A stretch of 64,000 bases of DNA from Mobula hypostoma (Eukaryota): positions 14,694,001 through 14,758,000 of the forward strand of contig NC_086097.1 in assembly GCF_963921235.1 (NCBI RefSeq), read 5' to 3'. Positions 50,367-62,559 of the stretch are shown piece after piece. Each line of letters opens with the position of its first letter. Within the stretch, counting starts at the first letter, position 1. The notes beneath the pieces were generated by a model that saw nothing but the letters and a program-made list of their open reading frames with translations, had not been told where the DNA came from and ran no database searches. The translations under genes were made by a program, and so were the position numbers.

Positions 50367-52869
50367 GCTGCATGTTGTCAGTGTGACCCATTTTGATGTC
50401 ATCACGTTCCTCTTCAATCAGTAGCCTTGGCACCATTTTGGGGTTCTGCCTTAACTTGACCGATGCTGTTGATCGGATAGCAAGGCTGCAAGGACTGATG
50501 AGGCCACAGGATCACGAGGACATAATGTGAGGAAATCTCCAGAGGAGGTGAACTGAGGGCTTGAAGAGTGTCCATTGGAGAAGTGCCCTGGTTTTGAAAG
50601 ATTGGTGAGAGTGAAAGGAACCCCATTCAGCACTCGGGTTTGTCTCTGGACTGTTGGAGCCAGTGTGTAGATGGATGACACACATCAGTTGTATCACCTC
50701 TTCTTCTTCAGCCCAACACTAATATTGGGTCACTGGCCATCAACAGCAGCTTGTCAGCGTCCTCTGTCCTGGTCCAGGCTTTCAAGTTGTCCCCAGGCGT
50801 AGCCCATCTTCATATATCCTTCCTCTCCCAGGGTTGAGGTTGTTGGAGCTTCAGGTGGCATTTCTGTAGAGATGGGTTCTTACAGGATGGGGTTGCTAGC
50901 CCTATGCCCAGCCCTCTTCTCACAACCAGGCTTGGGTCTGTCCTTGGCAGAGGTAATGTGTCACTTCACAGCACATTAGTCACGGACTGAAGCACAGCCT
51001 TGAACGCCCCTTCAAAATAGATCATGCTTAAGTAGAATTGAAGTTGAGGTCGGCTTGTAAAGAGGTCAAACGAGTGGTGCAGTTTTAATCAGGGCATGGT
51101 TTGCAGCAGACCTGGCAGTTCCTCTCTCCAATCAAGCTGCCAGTACAAGTGGTGCTTGCGAGCTCGATTTCAGCTCTTAAGAGAAGTTTGAATCAGTACA
51201 TGGGTGGTAGGGGTATGAAGGGTTATAGTCCTGGGGCAGGTCTATGAGATTAGGCAGTTTAAATGGCTTAGCACAGACTAGATGGGCAGAAGAGCCTGCT
51301 GCTGTGCTGTGCTCTTCTGTGACTATGATTCTATAAATATGTCTTTATTTTCCTGGTCAGGTGTTTCACAAAAAGAAGTTCCACAGTCCCGATGCAGGGT
51401 CTCGGCGCAAATGCCAACTCCTTCTTTCCTTTCCACAGTTGCTGCCTGACCTGCTGAGTTCCTCCGGCATTTTCTGTGTGTTGTGCAGTGAAAATTCATT
51501 AAGTATCTGCTTATTTCAATGGAATTAACATTTATTCGCCAACTTGCCCAAAACTTTAGAACCTGCGAAATGAGGTTCAGTAGGCAAGGGGTTAATGGAA
51601 ATTACATTTCCAGCACAATTTTCACCACACTGGATAGAAGCACTCTGGATGAGTTTCAGAAATATTTATAAAATAGACAATCATTTTTTTATATATATGT
51701 AAGTGCCAGTGTCTTTCTCCAAAGGACTTCTTTACTGAAAGTTGAAAGCAAAAAAACAAAATAAAAATCCTTGCTGTTCATGACTTTGTCTTGCCGAATC
51801 CATTTGCAAATTACATCACTTGTCTGCATATTGTCACTTGCTGCCGGCTTGGCCATTCATCAACTGTCCCCTGCAACAGTGAAAACTGGCTGCACCCTCC
51901 ACACTTAATTGTTCCCACACTGACCTGGGAGAATAGAAATGATGTGCTCTCCTAACGAATATGTAGTGGATCCCTCCGATGGAGGAAAAAAAAGGAGAAA
52001 TGCATATCTGCAGCCACAATTAGGTTAGGAGAAAGATGACGACTCTCCCCCTGGCACTGATAGATGAAGGTATAGGAACCTGGGGTGCAGAGCATCCGTT
52101 TTTGTCCATCTCCCTGACCCGGGCCACTGGGCCTGCTGGGGCCGCCACTGTTTAGCAGCCTGTCTCTCTTATCCTGAGCACCGTGTTCAATTTAAATTAA
52201 CTGGTTCCGAGCAAGCAGTCTCCAAGGAACGAGTAGGGAAATGAACTTGGTAACAGTCTGAATGGTTTAGTGGTCATATCATTAAGCAGGCGGCTTTCCT
52301 TGTCTCTGAATTGCGCAGTCTGGATTGTATTGCTTTTAGAAAATCAAACAGCATTGTGTCTTTTGGTCACCTTTTTGTGTCTCGCATTGCCGTAATGAAA
52401 GCGAATTCCGAACACATTTAACTTGCAGAAGGGAGATTGAAAAGATGAACGCTCGAGCACAGGTCATTGAATCAAAATGATTGCCACACTTCTGTATCAG
52501 CTTACATTGCAGCTTCACCGTTTCAAAAATCAAGTGGAAGCCCACACCTAGAAAACAAAGCCTCAGACCAGCTACTACAGCAGCTTGAGATTGTTCTGCT
52601 GGAGAGAAAGCTTACCTAAATGTCATTCGGTACTGAGATCTGTCACTAAATTTGCAACGTCTTAATTACTCATGCCGTGTAAAATAATGCCAGGAAGCTC
52701 TGCTTTTTACTTTGATTTTACCTGGCGTTAACTCGACATTGTAGGTGCATGTCAATAATATGACTATTTGCGGTCTCCTGGCTCCAAGATTTACGGAAAT
52801 TCAAGCTTGTCTTTTTGGTTCAATTAGAATTCTTTACTGCATTAAGTTATTACAATTACTGTCACACTC

Positions 52870-53555
52870 AGGAATTTATTGGGGACCTCAGGAAGGGAAA
52901 GTTGAGGGAACTCACACCAGTCCTCATCAAGGGATCTGCAGTGGAAAGGGTGAACAGTTTCAAATTCCTGGGTGTCAACATCCCTGAGGATCTATCCTGG
53001 GCCCAACATACTGATACAATTACAAAGAAGGCACGGCAGAGGCTATATTTCATTAAGAGTTTGAGGGGAATTGGTATGCCATCAAAGACATGCACAAATT
53101 TCTACAGATGTGTCGTGGAGAGCGTTCTAACTGGCTGCCTCACGGTCATGAAGGGGGCCACTGCACAGGATCAGAAAGAGCTGCAGAAAGCTGTAAACTC
53201 AGCCAGATCTATCACAGTACACCTTCAAAACGCAACGCCCCAGAAAGGTGGCATCCATCATTAAGGACTCTCACCGTCCAGGACATGCCCTCTTCTCATT
53301 GCTATCATCAAGGAGGAGGTACAGGAGCCTGAAGACACACACTCAATGTTTCAGGAGCAGCTCCTTCCTGTCTAGCATCAGATTTCTGAATGAACAATGA
53401 ATCCATGAAAACTACCGCAGTATTTTCCCCTTCTTTTTTGCACCACTTATTTAATTTTCTTTTTTATATATACTTGTAATTTGTAGTTTTTATTAATTTT
53501 TGCTGCCACAAAACAGATTTCACGACATATGCCAGTGATATTAAACCTGATTCTC
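52870..53555 (+). mobile_element. Rex1/Babar-type LINE 3' fragment
   Basis: ERVNSFKFLGVNIPEDLSWAQH...KKARQRLYF. Confidence 0.9.
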
Positions 53556-53585
53556 AACAGCCCCAGGACGATTGTAGTTTTTCTT

Positions 53586-54925
53586 TAAACAAGAGAGAGT
53601 CTGCAGAAACTAAAAATCCGAAGCAACACACACAATAACGCTGGAGGAACTCAGCAGGTCAGGTAGCGTCTATGGAAATCTGTAAAGAGTTGAGGTTTCG
53701 GACAGAGACCCTTCTTCAGGACTGGAGAGGAAGGGGGAAGACACCAGAATAAAAAGGTGGGGGGGAGAGGAAGGACATTAGCTGGAAGGTGATAGGTGAA
53801 GCCAGGTGGGTGGGAAAGGTCAAGGGCCAGAGAGGAAGGAATCTGATAGGAGAGGAGAGTGGACCACAGGAGAAAAGGAAGGAGGAGAGGACCCATGGAG
53901 AGGTGATAACAGGTGAGAAGAGGTCAAAGGCCAGAGTGGAGAATAGAAGGAGGGGAGGGATTTTTTTTCCCTGCAGGGAGAAATCGATATTCCTGCCATC
54001 AAGTTGGAGGCTACCCAGGCGGAATATAAGGTGTTGCACCTCCACCCTGTGGGTGGCCTCATCTTGGCTCAAGAGGAGGTTATTGCTGACATGACAGAAT
54101 GGGAATGGGAATTAAAATGTTCGTCCACCAGAATGTCCTGCTTTTGGCGGATGGAGCAGAGGCGCTTGAGAAAGTGGTCCTCCAATTTATGAAGGGTCTC
54201 ACCAGTGTAGAGGCCGCAGCAGGAGCACAGGACACAATAGACGACCCCAGCAGATTCGCAGGTGAGGTGCCGCCTCACCTGGAAGGACTCTTTGGGGCCC
54301 TGAATGGAGGTGAGAGCGGCGGCGAATGGGCAAGTATAGCACTTAGGTCGCTTGTGGTGATAAGTGCTGGGAGGGAAGTTAGTGGGAGGGGACAAATGGA
54401 CAAGGGAATCACGGATGGAAGAAACCCTGCGGAAAGTGGCGGGGGGGTGGGAGTTTGAGGTAATGATGTGTTTAGTGGTAGGATCCCTTTAGAGATGGCA
54501 GAAGTTATGGAGGATAATGTGTTGGCTCATGGGGTGGTAGGTAAGGCCATGAGGAACTCTATCTCTGTTAGGACAGCGGGAAGATGGGGCGAGCGCGGAT
54601 CTTTGGGAATTGGAGGAGATGCGGGTGAGGGCAGTATCGATGGTGGAGGAAAGGAAAACATGCTCTTTGAAGAAGGAGGACACCTCTGATGTCCCGGGAA
54701 GGAAACCTGCATCCTGAGATCAGATACAGTGGAGACAAAGGAACTGAGAAAAAGGAGTAGCATTTTTACAGGAGATAGGGTGGGAAGAGAGTCAAAATAA
54801 CTGGGGCAATCAATAGGTTTATAAAAGATGCCTGTCAACAATTTGTCTCTAGAGATGTATACAGAAATCGAGAAAGGGGAGGGAGATGTCAGAAATGGAC
54901 CAAGTGAATTTTAGTGCAGGTGGAC
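53586..54925 (-). mobile_element. Penelope-like element (Neptune-like) remnant: RT C-terminus, Cys linker, GIY-YIG endonuclease and HHR terminus
   Basis: TGIFYKP (RT thumb), KCYTCPF, TCESAGVVYCVLCSCCGLYTGET...EHFN and EVQHLIFRLGSL. Degenerate CUGAAGA...GAAA at ~53685-53722. Confidence 0.88.
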
Positions 54926-55108
54926 GTTAGAAGAATGTTGTTTTAGCTTCCTAAATAAGGGAAAATGAAATTACTCTCATATTTCCAAGCAACCGATATT
55001 TTGTGAAAATGTTTAGTGTGTGTCCCTCGTTATTTCAGGCTTAACCACTTATCATAAAACTTGAATTACATAACTCTTAGATATCCCCAAACTTCCCTTT
55101 CTAGATTC

Positions 55109-55327
55109 TTTCTTTTTAGAAGAAAGACCTTAACTCCGAGTGGAGTCATCAGGACGCCATCATGATAGTGTTTTTTTAACAGGCTTTCTTATTTTTACGA
55201 GGCCAAGTTGCTAGCTCAACGCTCAACCCAACATGGATGGAAAACGTGCAAGGGAGCCGGGTGGATTCGAACTCAGGAGCCTTCGCTCCGAAGTCCGGCG
55301 CTGTTGTCATTATGCCACCAGCCGGCC
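55109..55327 (-). mobile_element. Young tRNA(Arg-TCG)-like-headed SINE
   Basis: Minus strand gccggctggtggcataatg (A box)...ggacttcgga...gttcgaatcc (B box), then an unrelated body and an A-rich end. TSD ttctagattc at 55099-55108 and 55328-55337. Confidence 0.8.
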
Positions 55328-56642
55328 TTCTAGATTCATAGAGTCATAGAAACTACAGCACAGAAGCAGGCCCTTCAGCCCATCTAATCAGTGCCTAGTC
55401 CCATCAAACTGCACCTGGACCATAGCCCTTCATACCTGTCCCATCTATGTACCTATCCAAACTTCTCTTAAATGTTGAAATCAAAATCACATCCACTGCT
55501 TGCACTGGCAGCTTGTTCTGCACGCTCACCACCCTCAGAGTGAAGAAGTTTCCCCTTTATGTTCCCCTTAAACATTTCACCTTTCACCCTTAACCCTTTC
55601 TGTTCTGGTTTCTCTGGCGGTTTATTTACAAGATGGAGGTGCTGCTGACAAGGCCGGCTTTTATTGCCTAGCCCTAATGCCTGAAAGAGGGCAAAATGCC
55701 GAGCCACTCCTTAGAGTGTTTTTGGTACTGCTGAGGGCAGGAACAGTGCTGGTCTTTCCAGGATTTAGACCCAGCAGCCATGTAGCACTTTATTGATGAT
55801 GGAGACATTCTTCCACGTCAGGATGACTAGAGGGTGGTGAATGTGTGGAATTCATTGCCATGGACAGCTGTGGAGTCCCAGTCGTTGGGTATATTTAAAG
55901 TAGAGGTTGATGGTTAAGAGTGTCAAAGGTCACAGGGAGAAGGTAAAATATTGATCTTGAGAGGAATAGTAAATCAGCCATGATGAAATGTTGGAGCTGA
56001 ACCGATGGGCCAAATGGCCTGATTCTGCTCCTATAATTTATGGTCTTCCGGTGGAGGCGTTCACATTTGCCTGTTGTCTGGAACATCGAATGCTACAGAA
56101 CAGTACAAGGTCTTCAGTCCACGATGTTTTCCTGACCTTTTAACCTGCTCCAAGATCAATCTAGCACTTCTCTTCCTTATAGTCCCCCCGTTTTCCTTTC
56201 AACCATGTGCCTATCTAAGAGGCTCTTAAATATCCTTAATTCACCTGCCTCTACTATCACCCCTGGCGGTGCATTCCATGCACCCCCCACTCAGTTAAAA
56301 ACCGATCTCTAACGCCCCGTATATTTTCCTCTAATCACCCTAAAATTAGGCCCCCTCTTATTAACCACTTCCACCATGGGAAAAGGATTCTGGCTGTCCA
56401 CTCTATCTATACCTCCTATCATCTTATACACCTCTATTCAGTCACCTCTCATCTGCCTTCGCTCCAAAGAAAAAAGCCCTAACTCACTCAACTTTTTCTC
56501 GTAAGACATGTTCTCTAGTCCAGGCAGCATCCTGGTAAAGTTCCTCTGCATTCTCCATAAAGCTTCTACATCTTTCCTATCAACACACATCAAAGTTGCT
56601 GGTGAACGCAGCAGGCCAAGCAGCATCTATAGGAAGAGGCGC

Positions 56643-56678
56643 AGTCGACGTTTCAGGCCGAGACCCTTCGTCAGGACT
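56643..56678 (-). ncRNA. Minimal type I hammerhead ribozyme motif (minus polarity)
   Basis: AGUC-CUGACGA-AGG(GUCUCGG)CCU-GAAAC-GUC^GACU: both core boxes, 4-bp stem I, 3-bp stem II, and palindromic ACGU in place of stem III. Confidence 0.75.
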
Positions 56679-56681
56679 CAC

Positions 56682-56715
56682 GTCCTGACGAAGGGTCTCG
56701 GCCTGAAACGTCGAC
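56682..56715 (+). ncRNA. Minimal type I hammerhead ribozyme motif (plus polarity)
   Basis: GUC-CUGACGA-AGG(GUCUCGG)CCU-GAAAC-GUC^GAC, with the predicted cut after 56712. Confidence 0.72.
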
Positions 56716-57102
56716 TGCGCCTCTTCCTATAGATGCTGCTTGGCCTGCTGCGTTCACCAGCAACTTTGATGTGTGTTGCTTGAATTTCCAGCATCTGCAG
56801 AATTCCTGTTGTTTACATCTTTCCTATAATGAGGTGACCAGAACTGAACACAATACTCTAAGTGTGGTCTAGCCAGAGTTTTATAGAGCTGCAACATTAC
56901 CTCTGAGCTGTTGAACTCAGTCCCCTGACTAATGAAGGCCAACACACCATTAGCCTTCTCAACTACCCTATCAACTTGCTATGCAAATTCAAGGTATCCA
57001 TAGATACTCTTCCTCCACACTGCTAGGGAGTAGATGTCCAAGATTTGGAGGTGCAGGCTACAGTGCACTTTGTAGAGTCATAAAGTAATACAACATAGAA
57101 AC

Positions 57103-57340
57103 AGGTGGCACGGTAGCCTAGTGGTTATCGTTACAGCACACGTGACCCTGGTTTGATTCCCACTGCTGCCTGTAAAGAGCTCCATGTGCTCCGGTTTCCT
57201 CCCACATCCCGAAGACGTCATTGCAAGTTGTCCTGTAATTAGGCTAGGATTAAATTGGGGAATGGTTGGGTGGTGCAACTCAAAGGGCCAAAAGGGCCTA
57301 CTCCGCTCTGTATGTCAATATATAAATAAACAAATAAATT
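57103..57340 (+). mobile_element. V-SINE (HE1-like)
   Basis: ggtggcacggtagcctagtggtta (A box), ggtttgattccc (B box) and the gtgctccggtttcctcccacatcc core. Confidence 0.82.
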
Positions 57341-58376
57341 TCAGCCCTGTGGGTCAGTGGCAGCCATCAATCACACATTAACACTAATCCTACATTCATC
57401 ACAGTTACTTTCTCCCCACATTCCCATCAACTCCCTTGTACAATAAAATGGACCCTTGGTCTCACAATCTACCTCGTTATGAACTTGTACTTTATTGTTT
57501 ACCTACACTGCACTCTCTCTGTAGCTGTTACACTTTATTCTGCATCGTTATTGCTTCATCTTATACTACCTCAATGCACTGAGCAATGATTTGATCTGTA
57601 TGAACAGTATGCAAGTAAAGCTTTAGACTGTATCTCAGTATATGACAATAATAACCAATTACTGTTCACCTGCAGACAAGGAGTAATTTACAATGGCCAG
57701 TTAATTTAACAATCCACACATCATTGGGATATTAGAGGAAATCAGAGCACTTGACGGGACTCTGGCAGTTCGAGAGGGAAGGTGTAAAGTCTACACAGAC
57801 AGCACCAGAGGTCAGCATTGTGAGGTAGTAGCTCCACAGCGCCACCTAGTGTAAATGGTAAACACTGCAGACACTGTGCTCAGCTGATGGAGGCGAAGAT
57901 TGCACAGGCAGGCATACTTTTCTAGTCCTGTGTTCTCTCTTCACAGTTCTGTTAATTCATGTGTAATATATATTCTGTTCATACTAATGTGCCTATGATG
58001 CTGCTGGAAGCAAGTTTTGCACCTCACTGTAATTATGCACAATCAAGATTCAAGTTCATTTGTCACGTTTACATCGAAACATGCAGAGAAATGCGTCATT
58101 TGCGTGAACAACCAGCACACCTGAGGGTGTGCTGGGAGCAGCCCATAGGTGTTGCCACAAATTCTGCCCACAATGCAAAGGCAGAACAACACAGAACACA
58201 ACAAGTAACAAAATAACAATAGCAAAATTCCCACCCACTCAGACACACATGCCCACCCCTCAACACCAAGACAGGCCATCGTCATTGGCCTATATCAGAC
58301 TCAGACACATGACAATAAACTCAGCCCAAATTGAACTAACTTGGGAGACAACACACTTAATTGTGTTGTACTCACC

Positions 58377-58437
58377 TACACTCAGTTTCCACTTTATTAG
58401 ATACCTCCTGTACCTAAGAAAATGACCATTGAGTGTA
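58377..58437. mobile_element. Tiny Tc1-family MITE (two TIRs almost abutting)
   Basis: TA-cactcagtttccactttattagata...tacctaagaaaatgaccattgagtg-TA. The TIR resembles that of the Tc1 remnant at 20320-21107. Confidence 0.7.
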
Positions 58438-59517
58438 CGTTCAAAGTTCAAAGTTTATTATCAAACTACATGGACGTCGCCACATAGAACCCTGAGATTC
58501 ATTTTCTTGCAGGCATACTCAATAAATCTATAATAGAATATTAACCAATCAATGGAAGACCACACCAACCAGTGTGAAAAAGACACAAACTGTGCAAATA
58601 CAAAAATAAAGAAATAATAATAATAATAACAATAATAATAAATAAGCAATAAATAACATTGAGAACATGAGATGAAGAGTCCTTGAAAGAGAGTCCATAG
58701 GTTGTGGGAAGATTTTAATGATGGGGCTCGTGAAGTTACCCCTTTGGTTTAAGAGCCTGATAGTTAAGGGAAAATAACTATTTCTGAACCTGGTAGAGTC
58801 CTAAGGCTCATGTGCCTTCTTCCTGATGGTAGCAGAGAGCATGTCTTGGGTGATGGTGTCCCTGATGATGGATGCTACTTTACTGCAAGATTTTGTGTAG
58901 ATGTGCTCAATGGTGGGGGTGGGGGGCTTTACCCATAATGGACTTGGCCCATATCCACTACGTTTTGTAGGATTTTCCGTTCAAGGGCATTGGTATTACC
59001 ATACCAGGCTGTGACACATCGGGACCATAGCCCTCCATACCCCGACCATTCATGTACTAATCCAAACTTCACGTAAGCGTTGAAATTGAGCTCGCGTGCA
59101 CCACTTGTGCTGCAGCTTATCTGACACCCTCTGAGAGAACAACTTCCCTTCATCTTCCCCTTAAAGTTTTAACCTTTCACCCTTAACCCATGACCTCTGA
59201 TTGTAGTCCCACCCAACCCCCGTGGAAAAAACCTGCTTACATTTACCCTATCTAGACCCCTCATAATTTTGTATATCTCTATCGAATTTCTTCTCAGTCT
59301 TCTGCATTCTAAGGTATACAGTCCTAACCCTCTGATTCCCAGCAGGGGTGATACTACACCACTAGGAGGTGGTTACGTGTTCTAAGGGGGGTGCGTTAGG
59401 CCAGAAACAGCCATAAGTGAAAATGAAGCAAGTTAGGAACTACAAAGGTATTGCCAATCTTCTTAAAGTTACAATGAAAATGAAAATTTGGAGAATACAA
59501 TCATCTAAAGCATTGTA

Positions 59518-60490
59518 TAAGAACATAAGAAATAGGAGCAGGAGTAGGCCATCCAGCCCATCAAGCCTTCCCTCCCATTTAATAAGATCATGGCTGATCT
59601 GTCCGTAAACTCAGCTCCATCTACCTGCCTTTTCCCCATAACCCTTAATTCCCTTACTATGTAAAAATCTATCTAACTGGATCTTAAATATATTTAATGA
59701 AGAAGCCACAGCTGCTTCCCTGGGCAGAGAATTCCACAGATTCACCACTCTCTGGGAAAAACAGTTTCTCCTCATCTCCGTCCTAAATCTTCTCCCCTGA
59801 ATCTTGAGGCAATGTCTCCTAGTTCTAGTCTCACCTACCAATGGAAACAACTTTCCTACTTCCATCTCATCTATCCCTTTCAAAATTTTGTATGTTTCTA
59901 TAAGATCCCCTCTCATTCTTCTGAATTCCAAAGAGTATAGTCCCAGGTGACTCAATCTCTCCTCATAGGTTAACCCCTTCATCTCTGGAATCAAACTGGT
60001 GAACCTGCTCTGCACTGCCTCCAAAGCCAGTATATCCTTCCACAAGTATGGAGACCAGAACTGCACACAGTACTCCAGGTGCGGCCTCACCAGTACCCTG
60101 TATAGTTGCAGCGTGACCTCCCTGCTCTTGAATTCAATCCCTCTAGCAATGAGGGCCAACATTCCATTTGACTTCTTAATAACCTGTTGTACCTGCAAGC
60201 CAACTTTTTGCGATTCATGCACAAGCACTCCCAAGTCCCTCTGCACAACAGCATGCTGCAATCTTTCACCATTTAAATAATAATCTGTTCTATTATTCCT
60301 TCCAAAGTGGATGATCTTGCATTTACTAATGTTGTATTCCATCTGCCAGACCTTGGCCCACTCACTTAACCTATCTACATCCGCCTGCAGACTCTCCACA
60401 TCCTCTGTACAATTTGCTTTTCCATTCAGTTTAGTGTCATCAGCAAATTTTCCTACACTACACTCAGTCCCCTCTTCCAAATCATCAATG
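59518..60490 (-). mobile_element. Young 5'-truncated CR1 with an uninterrupted ORF2 C-terminus
   Basis: The 289-aa ORF 59611..60480 runs from KFADDTKL to the natural stop. Same subfamily as 34981-38108. Confidence 0.95.
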
Positions 60491-61076
60491 TCAGTGGTAA
60501 ATACCTGCCCTGATTTTGTTCATTCACAGCAGTGATTCCCAGCGGGAGCAGTAACGTGTCCGAAAAGGATGTTAGGAGAAACAGAAGTTGTTGAGGGGCT
60601 TTCAAGATTCTTGGGGGTAGCAGTAAGCAGCACCCTAACTTAAGGCACGAGACCTGACCGACCATTAGTATAGTAGGCACTTCCGAAGAGAAGGATGAGG
60701 CACTGGAATGTGGGAAGAACCACAGCTCTGCAGGCGGAGAGCAGTCATCACAACCTGACTAAAACTCAGCAATCTCATCTGACTTTACCAACCAAACAGA
60801 CATTACTGAGAGTGCATAAGTTAGCAACCAGGGTGCCCAACAGTTCCCCTTGACTAGCGGCACCGAAAAAGTTCACGCAATTTAACAGTTGGTAAGTCAA
60901 GTACACCCTCTCAACTTTCTCCACAGATCTACAGAAAACAGGTTGCGCAATGATACGTCGCTGACCGGAAATAAATGGTGAAATTGAGCCTATCGGTAAA
61001 CCTGCCAATCCTGAGGATTCCTCTTGAGGTTTTCAAAGTGTTCTCGGCTTCATATGTGCGATAAAGAACCATCTTC

Positions 61077-62470
61077 AGAATCAGAATCAGGTTTATTATC
61101 ACCGGCATGTGTCATGAAATTTGTTAACTTAGCAGCAGCAGTTCAATGCAATACATAATGTAGAAGAAGAAAAATAATAAAAAAATAATAATAAATTACA
61201 GTATACATATATTGAATAGATTAAAAAACCATGCAAAAAAAATAGAAATAATATATTTTTAAGAACTGAGCTAGCGTTCTCGAATTCAATGTCCATTTAC
61301 AAATCGGATAACAGAGAGGAAGAAGCTGTTCCTGAATCGCTGAGAGTGTGCCATGACGGTAACAGTGAGAAAAGGGCCTGTCCTGGGTGCTGGAGGCCCT
61401 TAATAATGGATACTGCCTTTCTGAGACACCGCTCCATAAAGATGTCCTGGGTACTTTGTAGACTAGTACCCAAAATGGAGCCGATTAAATTTACAATCCT
61501 CTGCAGCTTCTTTCAGTCCTGTGCCGTAGCTGCCTCCCCCACCCCCCATACCAGACAGTGATGCAGCCTGTCAGAATGCTCTCCACAGTACATCTATAGA
61601 AGTTTTTGAGTGTATTTGTTGACATATCAAGTCTCTTCAAACTCCTAATGAAGTATAGTCACTGGTTTGCCTTCTTTATAACTACATCGATCTGTTGGGA
61701 CCAGGTTAGGTCCTCAGAGATCTTGAAATCCAGGAACTTGAAACTGCTCGCTCTCTCCACTTCTGATCCCTCTATAAGGATTGGTACGTGTTCCTTCATC
61801 TTACCCTTCCTGAAGTCCACAATCAGCTCTTTCGTCTTACTGACGTTGAGTGCCAGGTTGTTGCTGCGGCACCATTCCACTGGTTGGCATCTCTCACTCC
61901 TGTACACCCTCTCATCACCACCTGAGATTCTACCAACAATGGTTGTATCATCAGTAAATGTATAGATGGTATTTGAGCTATGCCTAGCCACACAGTCATG
62001 TGTATTTATAGAGTAAGGCAGTGGGCTAAGCACACACCCCTGAGGTGCGCCAGAGTTGATCGTCAATGAGGAGGATATGTTATCACCAATCCGTATAGAT
62101 TGTGGTCTTCCAGTTAGGAAGTCATTGGCCTCTGAGACAGAGATCACAGGATCATCAGGTGCAGCAGGGATCTTCACAGCTGGACTTGTATTCTCCCTTT
62201 CAAAGCGGGCATAGAAGGCATTGAGTTCATCTGGTAGTGGAGCATCGCTGCCATTCATGCTATTGGGTTTCACTTTGTAGGAAGTAATGTCTTGCAAACC
62301 CTGCCAGAGTTGTTATACATCAATGTCACCTCCAACATCTTTTGAAATTGTCTCTTTGCCCTTGAAATAACCCTCCACAAATCATACCCGGTTTTCTGGT
62401 ACGGACCTGGGTCACCAGACTTGAATGCCACAGATCTGGCCTTCAGCAGACAACGTACCTCCTGGTTCAT
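61077..62470 (-). mobile_element. Rex1/Babar-type LINE fragment with an internal deletion
   Basis: LPDELNAFYARFE is joined directly to DFLTGRPQ...[11 protein letters not shown]...FTDDTTIVG. (ctgatt)n tail. Confidence 0.92.
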
Positions 62471-62559
62471 AATCTTTGGGGATTATGAGACCTTACATGA
62501 TTGGTTAATCATTCTAACTGGAATAGTATAAAGGTTGTCAATATCTGATAGGCATTCCC

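Larger units (their letters stand above)
56581..56814 (+). mobile_element. Foldback (hairpin) PLE-derived non-autonomous element, copy B
   Basis: Perfect 97-bp inverted repeat (56581-56677 and 56682-56778) with loop tcac and a ~36-nt tail. TSD (t)acatctttcctat at 56567-56580 and 56814-56827. Confidence 0.93.
56085..57000 (-). mobile_element. CR1 3' fragment interrupted by hairpin element B
   Basis: LYKTLARPHLEYCVQFWSPHYRKDV, then RKDVEALWRMQRNFTRMLPGL after the insertion. Confidence 0.9.

Noticed and set aside
49359..50436. 352-aa and 251-aa His/Ser/Thr/Pro-rich ORFs, or a let-7 gene
   Set aside because: The ORFs reflect a stop-poor C-rich strand that is open in several frames. The match to let-7 stops after 9-10 nt and there is no precursor hairpin.
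52506..52547. Possible 42-bp minus-strand micro-exon (ctttgttttctag...gtaagc)
   Set aside because: The splice-like motifs are plausible, but the peptide VGFHLIFETVKLQ is unrecognised and I found no partner exons.
55131..55160. CUGAUGA followed by a stem-loop on the minus strand of the SINE tail, as a hammerhead
   Set aside because: The second core box reads UUAA instead of GAAA, and there is no stem I or stem III.
55250..55327. Functional tRNA-Arg gene
   Set aside because: The D and anticodon stems are imperfect, and it continues into a SINE body enclosed by a TSD.
59611..60480. 289-aa ORF as a host or domesticated gene
   Set aside because: It is the C-terminal part of CR1 ORF2 in a 5'-truncated copy with an intact CR1 tail. 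Youth explains the open frame.
60530..60891. Candidate coding exon between ttcattcacag and gtaagt
   Set aside because: The frame that looked protein-like has 5 stops in 120 codons, about the random expectation, and the other frames stop early.
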